From Lingula anatina (taxonomy: Eukaryota; Animalia; Brachiopoda), in the NCBI GenBank assembly GCA_051362555.1, contig CM120640.1, positions 27,614,503-27,678,502 on the forward strand: a DNA stretch of 64,000 bases, read 5' to 3'. Position 1 is the first letter of the stretch, and each line of letters starts with the position of its first letter. This document shows positions 10,858 to 22,197 of this stretch, in pieces. A program made the translations under genes and the position numbers. The notes under the pieces are model-generated. The model was given only the letters and a program-made list of their open reading frames with translations. It did not search any database and had not been told where the DNA came from.

Positions 10858-13800
10858 CAGGCTGGCCCTCACATTAGTGCTGTAAAGATGTCCAAAGCTA
10901 ATGGAAGAAAACAACATGGCTGCATTCATATCACAGTTGATCCGCAGATCAAACATGACCGACCCTCTTGAAAACTAGCCCCATAATCCCTGTGGGGAAT
11001 CTATTCAGTGACTATTGGGGGGATAATGTGGTTAGCTTTCAAGTGGGTCCCCAAATTTGATCCATAGATCTGTTAGAGCTCTTTCAGAACAGGGGAGTAA
11101 CAGATGTGCGGGTCAAATATGAATGCTGGTTGAGTAATCCTCGCAGGAAATCTATTCAGTGTCTAATCCTGAATTAAGCGACAAGCTTTTAGTGGGTCCC
11201 CATATTTGATCTGTGGATCTGTTAGTCCCCTGTTCTGAATGGTCTCTAAGGCTTCGTTCACATGCAATGTCTATTTTCTAAATTCTATTTTCTATTCGCG
11301 GTATGTCTTATGATCACGGTCTGTGCCCTGAATATCCCGCGGCGTAATTACTGGCTTACTATAAGTAACTGGCTCGCGCTGCCAGTAATTACGCGGCGGG
11401 ATATTCAGGGCACAGACCGTGATAACAAGATACTGCGAATAGAAAATAGATTTTTAGAAAATAGACTTTCCATGTGAATGAAGCCTTAGTCTTGGGACCA
11501 ACTCTGTTGTGAATGCTCTCTATGAGTTTACCTCTGGCCTTATGTGGGTATCATCTGATACAGGAGTGGCAAACTGGCAGACCACTGGGAACTGACCCTT
11601 TACATCTGAAAAGAAAAATAAAATATTTTCAATCACTAGTACAGATCATTGTACCAAGAGGTGGACAGTAAAGTGTTGCCAGCTAAGCTGACAAAATAAC
11701 ATCTGTCTGACAGCAAAAAGAAGGGAAAAAATTAGTCATTACCTTGACTGGTTGACTACACAAAAGAATAATCCTTATGAAACCATACTTGACTTTTGCA
11801 GTATTGATAAAAATCATTAGTTTTCATGAAAATACTAAAGATGCCAAACAAAATAAAGTAATATTCAGAACTTCTTTCTTGTTATCTACTAGTTAATGTT
11901 TTTGCTCACTGCCATTTACAATGACGAAACTGAAAAAGAACTGAGAAATGTCAACCTGCCTCCATAGGCCAGACTGGTGTTATATAGCAACCTGTCTGCT
12001 GTACTTTGGACCCAGTTTGGACCCGTTTGTTTACTTTAGCAAATAGTCAGAGTGAACTGGACAGGTAGACTAAGAGTTTGACAAATAACCCTGATCAATT
12101 TTCAAAGGAAGAAATTTACCATGACATATCACAAACTGCACAATTTTCAATGACAAGAAACTGACTTCATTCACATGATAATTTATTTCTCTTATCTACT
12201 TGCAACTGAAGTTAAGCACAACTGGGATGAATCAAAATGAATTTAGATTTGGAAAAAAATCTACCCTGAAAGTGTGAATTAATAATTCATCTATATCAGT
12301 TACAGTAATTTGTAAATGTATTTTAAGCTTTTGCTTTTTCATGTTGGGTTTAGCTGGCTTTTGTGTTAGCCGCTAAGTGAGCCTTGTGTGTGACAGGTTG
12401 AGGTGAAAACTGTTTATCATGTTTGGTAACCTGCTTCGGGAAGTGTTATGGTCACTATGTAGATTCAAGCTCATCTTCTTACACGACAGTTTTCTACAGC
12501 TCATATACCTTAGGATAAGCAATCAAAATATCTACTGATTTACTTTTTTCTTGCAAAACTTTTTATAGGAGACAATTTAATTTTAGTGAAAAAAAAAACA
12601 CTTTTTTTCTATTGAAAATATCAAAATTACACTTTGGAAAATTTTTATTAATTTCAAATATTCAAACATCTCAAACATCATGAAAAATTTCAATTGGAAA
12701 CAATACTCACATTGCATATGCCATTCTCTCCAGATGATATTATTTAGTCTCAATTTATCTTTTAAACGTAGTTTCAGTCCACGGAAATTCTTGAATTTTG
12801 GTGAACACAGCTTTCCACTGTAAAACAAAAAAGAATATCTTATACTATAATAAAATTATAACAAACAAAAAGTTCTATTGCAATCACCATTTAAATCAAA
12901 AGAAGTACTTATGCTCTGATGTGAAAAATGTGAAAGGCAGGATATATAATAAATAACATAAATGCAAAGCTATATGCCTAAAGGAAATTTCACTCAAAAT
13001 ATTTTATTTTATTTAAGACTATAACATACTGACCCCCAATTTTATTTATTTATATCATTTTTACTAATAACAAAAGATACCAAAGCTATGGTTGTTAAAA
13101 CAAACTTGTTTCTTAAATTCTGACTAACACAGCTTAATCCATTAGCATCTCACCAATAATGTGCACTCCAATAATCTCCTTCATGTGACAAAAAAGCCTC
13201 TTTGCTACAAGTCCCCATGATCATTAAAATTATGTAACAAATATGTTCAAATCCTTTGCATTATGACTTATGGAGCCATACCTTGAATTTTCAAGTTATA
13301 ACTTATGAAGCCATACCTTGAATTTTCAAAATATGTTATATTAAATGCTGCACAATTTTTTTCTTTTGTCAAGTATAAGACATTACAAGAGCACATGATC
13401 AGCAAGTGATCACTGTAGCCTAGCACAGAGAAGGGGGGTCAGTCCTCAGAAAACATGACATACATTTTCAAAACCTCTGTGGCATCAATCAAGCAGCTGT
13501 TATAAATATTTTCTCTGGCACAATGAATGATAATGATCAGTAATGAGCATATGTAAGGGCAAAACGGTACTTTCTTTCGCTTTTAGCAAGTCTTAAACAG
13601 CTCCAGACATGACCTATATATTGGCTCAAGCTACTAATGATGAAAATCAGACTTGACCTATATATAGGCAGGACCAAAATAGATATTCACATGCACAGAG
13701 CGTGATCAGCTCTGCATTGCACTGTTTTTGTTGGCCCACACATATGATAACAACAGTCAACCTAGCAGGGCAAACACCTCGTTTAGGCCACATGTACCAG

Positions 13801-13876
13801 TGTGATGTATTTACAAAATTATTTGATTATTATGAATCAAGTCACTGTTGTTTGTGTGTTTATTTTTTCTTCCTTT

Positions 13877-13907
<31 letters not shown>

Positions 13908-16900
13908 GGGGAGGGATAACAAGACAAACACCAGATATTGAGTGAAATAAAGTTTTACTAGTAGTTTGTCGCCTTTTCTTTTGAAAGAATGACACAACAA
14001 AGGCCAGTCAATGTCTAGGACAAACATTTACCAAAAATAAAAAGTTCCTCTGCACTTCATGCCCTGCATGGTCAGAAAAAAAACTTCAAAAATCTGAAAA
14101 TGCAAAATTGATTTATATTTCTTTACAAACTGAATGTGAAAACTAATGGGGCAGATTAGTGAGCACCAATAAGACATGGGGAAATTGCCTGTCTGACATG
14201 TCATGGTCACTTGAAATACCAGTAGATCTGCAAATCTTTTGATTCCACAGGTCCTCTGGACTAGCATGGTTAAAGTAAAAATACAGCATGCAATAATAAA
14301 TCGCACATAAACAAAAACTAGCAGAAAAATAGCCCAGAATTGGGAGGGCCTACATGCACAGAATTCTTGTAGTGCAGGCAACAGTCCTTTGCACCTTCAG
14401 TATTTAAGTTTTCACCTATGTGCGCTCAATGAGTGAGTTGACATACCTGCTACTACATTCTGACCTCCCCTGTTGAGGTCAAAGTTTATCTCCAGACATC
14501 CGTCCCAATAACAGTGCACAAGCACTGCAGATATAAATGCCATTGTTTCAAAAGGACAAGGCAAACACAGATTATGCATATGATTTCAACATTGGCGACT
14601 TTTAGTCATTTTTCTGCACATCACCAGGTCACACTCATGACAAATATATGCTCTGTCCACACAAATGGACAAAAATGATGACAATATGTACAGACACTGT
14701 TACTGTCAATACATTAAAATGTGATACTACATTTCTGAAATACATGAAAATGTGATACTACTTTTCTTAGTCTTTTTTATTCAATAAACAATAACTTCCT
14801 TTTTTATTCAATAAACAATAACTTCCTTTTTTATTCAATAAACAATAACTTCCTTTTTTATTCAATAAACAATAACTTCCTTTCAAGATTAGCTTTAAAC
14901 TTCACTATTCAAGCCAAATATATGAGAGGTAAATGCTTCAGAAACCAAGCATTTCAACAAGTACAGGTTGCCAGTAAATAAGAATATCAGTTTAAATATA
15001 GAAAACAAATCTCACTTTTCAATTCATTTAATTTTTAAGTACAATTTGAACCAGCTGGTATTATAGATGGTCTGGCATAAAGCCAATCTTTTAGTGAAGG
15101 TTGTTTATATCACTACATGCCTTCAGCTAAAAATAGATCTGAAACTGGTAAACAAAGATCATTTGCGCTACCTCACTGATTTTTTCAAATCTATTTGTAT
15201 TTTCTTAAATGAAGATCAAAACTGAGAAATGCACGAGTGCATTCATGGTACAGGTCCACTGATAACACTCTGATTTATAAATTCTACAAAGGACAGGCAA
15301 TAATTACAAATATAACTCCCGAAAATTAAGTCTTTTTAGCTTTAGCTTACCTGTATAGTGTCAACAAGATGTGGTAAGTCTTGTTTGTCTACAGCTTCCA
15401 GTGTGACAGATCAAACCAGTCATTGCTCAAGTGCATAAATTATTATTCATTAATTACAATCACAAGAAAATGATGCAGATAGCTAGATGATGAAAAGTAA
15501 GGAAAAGTTCATATAAAAGAGTATGTACGGCTATTTTTTTTAATTTAATTTTATTTTTTACTAAAAAAAGCCTTGATTTCCAAGCTCAAAATTTCGGTGG
15601 ATTCCTTAAACAACATTAGTCAGATATGGTGAACCTCAAAACACACTGAGTTGACCAATAAAAATCTCAGAAGACAAAGTTCGGAGTTTTTCAATACTAC
15701 TGACTTCATTCAAAGTTACAAGAACATTATATTTCTTGAGTATTTAATCTATCTTAAATAAGAGTGTGGTTTACAGCTGTAATTTTTTTATATTCACAGC
15801 TCCAAAGTCAACTTTATATAGAAAGTTGAGAAGCCCTGCTTTCTGTCTCACTGTGGTTTTATTTACTCTAAAAATAAATAACAAATTGACAAGGGGGGTG
15901 AGTGACTTTACATTGCCACAAAAATGTTATAACTAAAAAAGCAAAAAAAAAAAAAAAAATTATTTCCCAGTAATTGCAAGGTTCAAATCATTTGAAATTG
16001 TCTAATTTAAAACCATCAGTTCATCCAGTACAGGCACCCTGAGCTTCAGAGCTAACTTGACACTAACATTTTCACTGTAGCCTATCTCCATCGTGTCAAG
16101 TAACCTCTGACCAGATTCGAGTGCCCCCGCTGCCCGCCAATCAAATTTAAAGCCCGCACTCAATGACTCATTAAACGATCTAGCCAATGAACGCGAACGA
16201 GTCAAAGCGCGCTTTGTTCAAATCCGGACCAATCAAAGATAAGGCTGAATATCAGGGACTTGCCGTAACCTGTGGGCAGCACGCAAAATACATCATCCCT
16301 CAGTAGATAATGATGCAGGGCATCATACTGCTCTGGTTTCAATTCCGATATACTCCATGCTTTCTTTGTGTACGGTTATGCACTCGGAACTACTCGGATG
16401 TTTCCGCACTCGACAATAACTATGTTGTTAGTATGGAGCTTGCGGAATCAGCCGAGGATTGCCGATTGACGATCAACCAATCAGCGTTTTCACCAAACTT
16501 TGGTGAAAAATTTTGAAACATGGATTCGATTGGCTTATATAAACTAGGTCAAACTATTTTCGTCAGAGGTTACTTGACACGATGGAGATAGGCTACAGTG
16601 AAAAGGTTAGTGTCAAGTTAGCTCTGAAGCTCAGGGTGAGTACAGGTAAACTGGCTATATAATACAAGTTGCAAGCTATACCCAGCCTAATTTCTATGCA
16701 ATTATGTCTTTGAAAAAAACATTTATGCACACAACCAGGGCACTGGCAGTCAACTGTGAATCCTGAAGGTCATACTGACAGACAGTGCTGGATATATTCA
16801 TGTTACACTGATAACAAGTGTTGTTTACAAAGTTGAACTTGATTCCTGGCACAAGCCAAGGATTAATTTTGCACAGAAGCTACATGCCAGTGATAAAATA

Positions 16901-19900
16901 TTGGTCTGTTCAAAAACATTAACTTCTCCTGGGGGACTGCTGTAATAAAGGAGCTCCTGCTTCTAAGAAAGGAAAAAATTTTTTTGCAGAACCCCCCCCC
17001 CTTTAATTCTATAATTTTTAATACTAATTTTTGACATTTCTCAAAGTCAACACACAAATAAATTTTGAGAAAATATTGAATATCGCAAACTTGCATGGTT
17101 GGAGGTGGGGGGGGGGGGGGGGTACATTGCAAAAGTGCCAAAAAATAGCTCATTTACCATTCTTTATACAAGGCTAGTCTCATGATAACATAACATTTTT
17201 TTTCATCGGTTGGTTAAGATAATCTTCTTCAACTAAAGCAATTTTAAAATACATTGGCTAAAGCCTACTTAATCTTTTCAATTTTTAAACACTTAACACT
17301 TAACAGAGGAAAATAATTTATCCAGCATCAGAAGGCTAAGTATGGATGCGCTGTAGGTACCTCAGCTGGGAGCAATGATGGAATGATAGTCTTTTACCAG
17401 ATGATCTTAGTTTTTCTTTGTATTTCTGTGCACATATCCAGACAGCACATATCACAAGGGTGGCTTGTATATCAAACAGATTGCATCATCTTATCATTAA
17501 CTTGCCTCTGAGTGCTATCTATAGAGAGAACACGTTTACAGGAAAATGAAAAAAATACCAAACTTAAGATTTCCCAGAATGAGACATTTGGTTGCCAGGC
17601 TATATATCTACATACCTAACAATTTTTCTGTACTTTTCCAAATTAACCAGCAGCAGGCATAGAAAGATGAACTATTATGAACTACTACATTCAAAAATTT
17701 AAGAAGGCTGAAATGGGTAAAATATAAATCACTTGCCATACCAGACTCTCCCTCCCCCTTCTTTCCTTGATTAAACAGCAGGTATCTTAACAAATCAAAC
17801 CCAAACAGACAAAATTGGTGATCGAAGATAATATTCACAAAATCAGGTCATTAGATTTGAAATTCATCATAACCTGAAATGACACCTTTTTGATCAGACT
17901 GCTCTTTCATATTAAATACATTGCTCACTGTAAGACTGCATTCCCAGAGATTTAGATCCATCCATCTGGATCAACCTAACTCCCTCAGGGTTCACGCTAA
18001 ATTGCAGTCAGCCTAGCGTGCACCATAGTTAATTACCCCCTTACAGTTTTTAGTGGGCGGGACAGACATTTATGCCTGTTAAGCTGACACCAATCTAGTG
18101 AGACTCCCCAGGGGGACAGATCGATCTAAATATCTATGGGAATGGGATCTAAGATATGTCCTGCAAGGAGGATTTTTATCAAACTACCAAAATATGCAAG
18201 CATGCTATCTTAACAGGCCAGAGATGAGAGGACAGTGCCCTCTGTCCTCAAAAAACATATATAGTAAGTATATGACCTGGTGCAGTGATGCTAGATAAGG
18301 AAGACGTGACATAGGTACATATTCACTCACTCACAATATAGATGTATCTATTTAAAAATAGGACTTGCTATGTAGATACCTGATGCAATGTGAAATGTGC
18401 ACACCTGATAATAATGTAACCTGACCACTATAATGATTTATCTACAAATATAAATCTGATCTGAATCCCACCAAGTATAAACCAGTAGGTCAACGATAAC
18501 ACAGACAACCCTGAATGCCATTTGTGGTTTCAAAAGGTTAAATAATTCTTACAACATTCTCTGTAAAAATCACAATAAAGCATTTTTGCAAGAGTGCAAA
18601 AGAGGTGCCACATGGCTCCAGTTATTGTTCTGCCAACCAACAGCTGCTTGGTAGAAATGGATGCCACAAGTCGTGACTCAAAAAACAAAGAAAACATTTG
18701 TATCATGTTGTTTGTCATTTCGTCCAAGGTGATAACTATATTATGAGACAAAACCCTTCTTCTGACAAATTACGTTATAAATATTTAAAAGGTCACTGCC
18801 TCCATTTTTTTTTAGTTTTCTTAAATTCATTTTGGCAGCATCTTGCCTTTGAAAAATATCAGTGAAAGGAAAAAAATCACTAAATTATATTGTGTATATA
18901 TTAATCTATTATGCAAATATTTCAAAACTTTCCCTGGTCAGTAATGTATGATTTAATACAAGCACCCAGTTCTAGATGGTGACCAAAAACCCAAGTATTA
19001 TTAAATTCAAGTAAGTTGCACTGATAAATCCAAGCTTACTTTGTAACACAACTTGTTACAAAACCATACTTTGATGGATGTTGCTTATACATCATATGAG
19101 ACACTTCAATAAATATTCTCATAACAGGTTTTCCTATTCAACATCGACACATATGACAGATGTGTGCTATTCCAACTTGACCCCTCCCAAGCCCTTGCAT
19201 ATAATAAATGACCATGCCAAGAATATCTTAATAAGATATGCACAGGTGGTTCTGAATATATAGCCTATAGAATAATGGTTGTCTGGTTAAGACATGAGGA
19301 CATATACTCCACTTCACCAAACATACAACTCACATGCAATACTTATCTCAGAATGCCCTGTAACATGCAATGACACTTCAAATGTTAGGTATCAAATGTA
19401 AGAAATTATTCCCTACTTCTGCACAATGAACATGTAATAGAACTTTTTATTTAGAACTTACTGTAAATATGCATAATGAAAGTTATTGAAAGGGTATTTT
19501 CATATATTTAAAATATATATTTAAATATATAGCAATGTTTACTGCGCAAACACTTAACACACATTTATATAACATTCATCTAATTTTACTAAATAACTGA
19601 GAGCATTAAGACTTCTCATTTTATAAAAATTGCACGAAATGACAAAATGGTTAAAAATAACACCCACAATTGGGAGTGCCATATTTTGTAATAGCTTTCA
19701 CTGATAATTCTATATTATCTTTATAGAAAAATTCTCATACAAGATTAGGAAATGGTAAATATCCTTCCTTTTATAAGTCAAACCCACTCTTACTACCACC
19801 ATCAGATGATCATGACAGATAAGGACATGCCCATGGCTACCATGACAAAAGGCACACCTCTGTATGGACGAATGAGGAGGAGGCAATTAGTTGGCTCAGC

Positions 19901-20636
19901 AAATAGCAGACTGACCAGTGAACAACGCCTACAATAGTGCATTGTACAAGGAAAACTTTCAGGATGCAAGTTATATATAGGATTTCTGCACAAAACTCAC
20001 CATGACTCAATAACCAACTGAAAAAACCTTTGCTGTACTTTTCCCATATCACATATCAGCTGATGTGGTAATGGAATGGGGGATTGTTATCTGATACAGC
20101 GTTAATATTCAACTTTGTTTTATCAAATATATTCAAAATGTGTAAAATAAATATCACATACCATACCACGTACGGAAGTCTACAGTGTGTCCAAATCTTG
20201 CCTTATAATTTTTATTTTTTGTAAAGAAATGCGTTGTGACCTATTAAAACACGTATGGTTTACGGACCATGATTTACCTGTAAGCTAGGGTCATGCATTC
20301 AAACAGCTTGGTGAAAGAATCGTCGATTGTAAAACAGATCCCATGAAGGGTTCCATCACCAAAATTGTATGTTTGCTGAGGTTCCCGACTAGCAGTGGCA
20401 AAGTCATAACCCCCTGAAGCCTTCGAGACAGGGGGAACGGGCTGGTCGGAAATTGTTTTTTCGTCGTCATACCCATGGACTCGGCTCAACATAAAATGCC
20501 CACTGTGGATAAACTTGTCATTGTCAGATTCCTCCCAGTCGTCTATCTTCTTCTGATCTTCATCACTGGAATCTGTATCAAATATATCACTTTTAGCCAT
20601 AGCTATAGGCGTTAGCGGGGCTTCATGGAGAAACAT
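1269..20636 (-). CDS. MLXIP: Mondo family bHLH-ZIP transcription factor (MLX-interacting protein; co-ortholog of MLXIP/MondoA and MLXIPL/ChREBP), 18 coding exons, ~953 aa
   Basis: Exons (minus): 20636-20278, 12817-12711, 11605-11532, 8507-8382, 7967-7790, 7554-7462, 7214-7105, 6765-6103, 5521-5374, 4239-4100, 3682-3538, 3268-3210, 3039-2929, 2774-2687, 2395-2296, 2082-1959, 1714-1585, 1375-1269. All introns are GT-AG with consistent phases; total 2862 nt. Mondo conserved regions: IHSGHFMLS, IDDSFTKLFECMTLAYSGKLCSPK, KLRLNNIIWREWHMQY, LEGKYWKRKLEVVTAEYKKWR, FTDTLFSSL, NADFIQPGLIQLQP. bHLH basic region RRVSHISAEQKRRGNIK, helix 2 KISKAQMLQKTAEY, leucine zipper, and C-terminal DCD/WMC region RTLQNWKFWIFSTIIRPLFDSYN...WLDQHCSLVALRP. 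Confidence 0.96.
1715..1958 (-). other. U12-type (minor spliceosome) GT-AG intron of Mondo
   Basis: 5' splice site GTATCCTT (1958-1951). Branch sequence CCCTTAAC (1734-1727) ends 12 nt before the exon, with no polypyrimidine tract. Splicing joins WKFWI to FSTII in frame. Confidence 0.9.
1959..3039 (-). CDS. MLXIP: Mondo bHLH-ZIP domain exons 13-16
   Basis: The spliced exons read ...EHRRVSHISAEQKRRGNIK/GGFDVLHTLIPALIQNPNAKISKAQMLQK/TAEYCKKLKSDRKQMQDEAEILRQEIESLNSAI/NTCQSQLPATGAPV...NWKFWI. Confidence 0.93.
2575..2589 (-). promoter_or_regulatory. CTCF-like motif (TGCCACCAGGTGGCG) in a Mondo intron
   Basis: Close match to the CTCF core CCACCAGGTGGC; this is a motif match only. Confidence 0.35.
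3722..3787. repeat. 33-bp tandem duplication (x2)
   Basis: tgacaaaatgtagcataatttgaaagcgacaac occurs twice in tandem. Confidence 0.9.
6103..6765 (-). CDS. MLXIP: Mondo exon 8, glutamine-rich low-complexity central region
   Basis: 663-nt phase 0/0 exon inside ORF 6097..6792 with polyQ runs; acceptor gggcag, donor AAG|gtatga. Confidence 0.9.
9282..9899. mobile_element. Non-autonomous TIR element with TTAA target duplication (Kolobok-like)
   Basis: TTAA at 9278-9281 and 9900-9903; imperfect TIRs AGTCATAATAACTCTTCGTTTTG and (reverse complement) AGCAATAATAACTCTTCCTTTG; no transposase ORF. Confidence 0.8.
10799..10856. repeat. (CA)n microsatellite
   Basis: Uninterrupted CA run of about 29 units. 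Confidence 0.97.
11076..11246. mobile_element. MITE family 1, inner copy, TA target duplication
   Basis: TA at 11074-75 and 11247-48; ~46-bp imperfect inverted arms GAGCTCTTTCAGAACAGGGGAGTAACAGAT... and ...ATCTGTTAGTCCCCTGTTCTGAATGGTCTC. Confidence 0.75.
11249..11486. mobile_element. MITE family 2, near-perfect 238-bp foldback element, TA target duplication
   Basis: Arms of ~105 bp, AGGCTTCGTTCACATG... and ...CATGTGAATGAAGCCT, with a short central loop; TA at 11247-48 and 11487-88. The termini resemble PIF/Harbinger-type MITEs. Confidence 0.88.
13261..13329. repeat. ~35-bp tandem duplication (x2)
   Basis: ttat(g/a)acttatg(g/a)agccataccttgaattttcaa occurs twice in tandem. Confidence 0.85.
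14773..14880. repeat. 27-bp minisatellite (x4)
   Basis: Four identical copies of ttttttattcaataaacaataacttcc. Confidence 0.95.
16035..16638. mobile_element. 604-bp non-autonomous DNA transposon with ~77-bp TIRs and 8-bp TSD
   Basis: TIR CACCCTGAGCTTCAGAGCTAACTTGACACTAAC...AACCTCTGAC with one mismatch between the ends; TSD AGTACAGG at 16027-16034 and 16639-16646. The superfamily (hAT, P or MULE) cannot be assigned from this copy. Confidence 0.93.
17939..18144. mobile_element. Old MITE remnant
   Basis: Imperfect ~28-bp inverted ends cattcccagagatttagatccatccatc and gacagatcgatctaaatatctatgggaatg; no clear TSD. Confidence 0.45.
20278..20636 (-). CDS. MLXIP: Mondo exon 1 (MCR1/MCR2)
   Basis: ORF 20274..20636 contains IHSGHFMLS and SFTKLFECMTLAY; donor AG|gtaaat at 20277. 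The start codon could instead be the downstream MAKSD methionine. Confidence 0.92.
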
Positions 20637-20647
20637 TTAGCAAATTA

Positions 20648-20750
20648 TTATCCATACACATAACACCAACTTCTGTCCGCCATGGTAAATAACCGAAGTT
20701 TTAACGAGAGGTTACGGAAACTAACGACTCTGGGGTTTAGACCAATCAGA
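20648..20750 (-). promoter_or_regulatory. Mondo proximal promoter/5' leader with CCAAT box and short upstream ORF
   Basis: CCAATCAG at 20742-20749; ACC-ATG-G at 20683 opens MADRSWCYVYG*, which ends 11 nt before the main ATG. Confidence 0.45.
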
Positions 20751-21479
20751 GGTGAGAATACCTTGAGAGTCCGAAGGTCACCCTTCTCCATTACAAAACA
20801 TTACTGAAGTCGAATCGTGTGTGCTATCATGTGCGTTAAAAGGAATGCTGAATTTAAAGTAACGTTAGTGTAATAAAATTCAGATAAATTTAAGTTGCAT
20901 TTTTATACTAAGTGAAAAATATTAGAGGGAACGATATTAGTCGAATGAGATGCTCCAAGACTGTCAAGTGAAACCAGGCTAGAAAGGATCGAGGGGCTAC
21001 AGGTAGGCCGACCTGTAGCCTACTAGTAGGCCTACATGTGAGCCTCCCCCCCCCCCCCCCCCCCCCACCTTAACCCGCCCAGGGAGCCGTTTATGAAATA
21101 TTCTGGAATTTATATGTTAATGCACATATGCAGTGGAACTGTCATTTTGAGATATTTATGAAAACATGATACAAAATTTTATACTTTCCTTTGTTTTCAA
21201 CGGATGAACGGATCAACTGGTCATAGCCGGGTTGAAAACTTTCATTTTAATTAACTGTCGGCCTACAATTGGGTCCTATTGTTTTTTTTTTTTTTTTTTT
21301 TTTTGGGGGGGGGTGCTCACAGTTCACTAGCAAAATCCAACCAACTAAACAGTAAAGATGGCAAATACACAGACACCAAAACGGAAGGAACATCAATAAA
21401 ATACACGCAAAAATAAAAAAAAATCAAACGGTAAAGTAAACAGAAATACGGTTAAATATGAGCAAAACGTCACTAGTAG

Positions 21480-21720
21480 TATCAAAAACCAGAATAATTA
21501 CCGTAAATGGGAACCGATCATGCTGATTTTCGAAAGCAATCTGCCTCTTTACCAGACAAAGCCTCTCAGTAAATTTAAAGTAAAACAAAAACACAGTTTG
21601 GCAGTAATAAGGCAAACCTCATGTGTTGGACAGCGACTGCGCCGGCAACGACACGGACAGACCAAGAAGTTATAATGAGATTATAACTTCTTGGACAGAC
21701 AGACCGATCAGAATATAATT
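21480..21720 (+). mobile_element. Fragment of the same Helentron-like family as 54746-55710
   Basis: An exact 21-nt match, ccgatcatgctgattttcgaa (21514-21534 vs 55498-55518), followed by a degenerate GACA microsatellite. Confidence 0.55.
21663..21693. repeat. 31-bp perfect hairpin flanked by 7-bp direct repeats
   Basis: CAAGAAGTTATAAT-GAG-ATTATAACTTCTTG flanked by GACAGAC at 21656-62 and 21694-700. Confidence 0.8.
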
Positions 21721-21907
21721 AAGTATCTGTAAGTGTCTGTATATAAAAGTATAATAGGCCTTTTGAAAAAAGAAGTAAAGTTAAGGATATTGTGCTATTA
21801 TGTATACTATTGATGTTCAAAGCTAATTGGAAAAACAGCCTCGTGGATTGCATGAATATAGGAAAATAAACCGGACATCTTGTTGGATGTTGCGACCTCT
21901 CCCCTCC

Positions 21908-22197
21908 CAGGGGCGTATCCAGGATTATTTGAAAGGGGGTGGGGGGGGGGGGGGGTCCGCAGACGCGAAGCCGATCCTCTCCCCCCTCGCCCTTGGCGTG
22001 GGGTTCGGGGCCCGCTGAAGGCCCCTGAAAATTTTTGGTATGTTAGAGGGCGAATGATGCCATTTGGTACGGTTTAGAACTACTGTAGAATGATTCAGCT
22101 AGTCAAAATTCTAATTTCAAGAGGGGACCAGAAATCGAAGGGGGGGGGGGGGGGGGGGGGCAGGACCCGCCTGACCCCCCCTCTAAATCCGCCACTG
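21908..22197. mobile_element. hAT-like MITE with poly-G tracts
   Basis: Termini CAGGGGCGTATCCAG and CTAAATCCGCCACTG (imperfect TIRs starting CAG); internal G-runs; no clean 8-bp TSD. Confidence 0.6.

Larger units (their letters stand above)
10920..11520. mobile_element. Older outer copy of MITE family 1 interrupted by the two inner MITEs
   Basis: 10940-11073 repeats the interior of the 11076-11246 element (aatctattcagtg; agtgggtcccca(a/t)atttgat). The right terminus resumes after 11488 as ...ctgttgtgaatgctctc followed by TA. The left end is approximate. Confidence 0.6.

Noticed and set aside
14773-14880. Short direct repeats considered as CRISPR-like
   Set aside because: The units are contiguous with no spacers and the context is eukaryotic.
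15351-15440. Good unused donor CAG|gtaagc in Mondo intron 1 (alternative first exon?)
   Set aside because: No ATG in the required phase and no promoter evidence; such donors occur by chance.
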